DNA of 64,000 bases from Mobula hypostoma (Eukaryota). The notes below the pieces were generated by a model that was given only the letters and a program-made list of their open reading frames with translations, ran no database searches and was not told where the DNA came from. A program made the translations under genes and the position numbers. Below are positions 62,372-64,000 of this stretch, piece after piece; within the stretch, counting starts at the first letter, position 1; each line of letters starts with the position of its first letter. The DNA is taken from the NCBI RefSeq assembly GCF_963921235.1, contig NC_086097.1, forward strand, positions 70,744,001 through 70,808,000, given 5' to 3'.

Positions 62372-64000
62372 GGTGAAAATAAAGCGGTGGGGGCCAGGGA
62401 ACTTAAAATCATCGAAAAGTTTAAGAGCGTGAGAAGTGTCACGAACATAGGTAGGAAGGGATTGAACAAGGGGGGATAAAACCGTGTCGAGGTATGCAGA
62501 AACGAGTTCGGTGGGGCAGGAGCAAGCTGAGACAATAGGTCGGCCAGGACAGGCAGGTTTGTGGATCTTGGGTAGGAGGTAGAAACGGGAAGTGCGAGGT
62601 GTGGGAACTATAAAGTTGGTAGCAGTGGATGGGAGATCCCCTGAGCGGATAAAGTCGGTGATGGTGTGGGAGACAATGGCCTGGTGCTCCTTAGTGGGGT
62701 CACGATCGAGGGGTAAATAAGAGGTGGTATCCGCGAGTTGTCACTGTGCCTCGGCAAGGTAGAGGTCAGTACGCTGGACTACAACAGCACCCCCCTTATC
62801 GGCGGGTTTAATAATAAGGTTAGGATTAGTGCGGAGGGAGTGGAGAGCAGAGCGTTCCGAAGGAGTGAGGTTGGAATGGGGACAAGGTGCGGTGAAGTCG
62901 AGACGGTTGTTGTCCCGTCGGCAGTTAGCAATAAAGAGATCCAGAGCAGGCAGAAGACCAGAGCAGGGTGTCCATGAAGAAGAGGAGGGTTGAAGACGGG
63001 AGAAGGGGTCATTGGTGGGGGTGGAAGAGTCCTTGTCGAAGAAGTAGGCTCGGAGACGGAGATGGCGGAAGAAAAGTTCCGCATCGTGGCGAACATGGAA
63101 CTCGCTGAGGTGTGGGCGAAGGGGGACAAAGGTGAGGCCCTTGCTGAGAACTGAGCGTTCTGCCTCCGACAGTTGAAGGTCGGTAAAGTACTAAGGTTGC
63201 TGGGTGATCGGAATTTTTCTGTACTGCATTCAAGCTCCTTGGTCGACTGTTCTCTTAAGAGCCTTATATGCTCCCTTCCAAACTGTGGGAACCTTGCCCT
63301 ATGTCTGCATGTTGAAGTGAGAAGCATAACAGTTTCGAGGTCTATCCAGATTGGGAGCTGAAATTTACTCAGCAATGGCAAATTGAGCTGATGTTTATTG
63401 AAAATTACAACACTCCAGCTTATGCAGTAAATGAGCTCACTTACCACTGCATAACTGTCTATTTAATAACATACTCAGTTCAGTATGTTACTCCAGTGAT
63501 TTATTTCAGACTTTTAAGTGTTAATGATCAAAACTAATAGGAGCTATTAAAAAGCCTTCAGCACAACATAAATTTTCTGGGGCAGTAAATTTTGCTGTTG
63601 TCACACTTTGTGTCTTTCCTTCATATCTATACTAATGGCAAATAGAGCTGGTTTTTCTGGTTCTCCTTAAATTTCATTTGGTCATGATGACAAAACCTCC
63701 CCTCTCTTGTCATGAATGAAGTCTCTCAGATCAGATTTCAGTGGAGAACTGTAAATTACTTTGAGAACTAGAAATTTATTCCAAAAATGTATACATCTAC
63801 TTTAGTTTCACTGCAGCAGTGAAGGTTTTTTGTCAGTTCTGGATTTTTTTTTTGTTCTTGGTTAAATGGGAAAGCCTATCTTTCCCATTTACTGCATATG
63901 GAAGGAATGAGGGAAGGAGGCGCCACCGAACAATATGACCAAGGGTGACATCCTTCAGACAGTTCATGAAAGTACTTCTTTAACTTCTTTTTCTTTCAAA

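Larger units (their letters stand above)
60588..63183 (-). mobile_element. Penelope-like element (RT + GIY-YIG), young, 5'-truncated
   Basis: Long ORF, polypyrimidine 3' region and pLTR with hammerhead. 15-bp TSD TAAAGTACTAGGGTT/TAAAGTACTAAGGTT at 60573-60587 and 63184-63198. Confidence 0.96.

Overview
Repeat-rich vertebrate genomic DNA. The repeat make-up (abundant CR1, Rex1/Babar and Penelope elements, HE1-like tRNA SINEs) suggests a cartilaginous fish, probably a ray; this is an inference. No complete host gene is present, only one good candidate signal-peptide coding exon (49731-49779, +). Main result: a heavily decayed, apparently colinear ~4 kb remnant of a negative-strand RNA virus (Mononegavirales, paramyxovirus-like) L polymerase gene on the + strand (~3623-8925). 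By manual translation it runs from RdRp motifs B/C through the capping (PRNTase), connector and methyltransferase regions. Its 5' edge abuts the LTR of a class I (gamma/epsilon-like) endogenous retrovirus (1-3622, -; tRNA-Pro PBS, gag, pro, RNase H), which probably inserted into it. Second result: a family of 100-270 bp Penelope-derived inserts, most with 8-11 bp TSDs, several palindromic and carrying intact or decayed minimal hammerhead ribozymes, alongside a young Penelope RT/GIY-YIG copy (60588-63183). Also present: a near-complete CR1, nested LINE clusters, an internally deleted hAT transposon, an RTE relic and an internally deleted BEL/Pao LTR element. All protein similarities were judged by eye against motifs recalled from memory and need database confirmation. 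Boundaries of old repeats are approximate.
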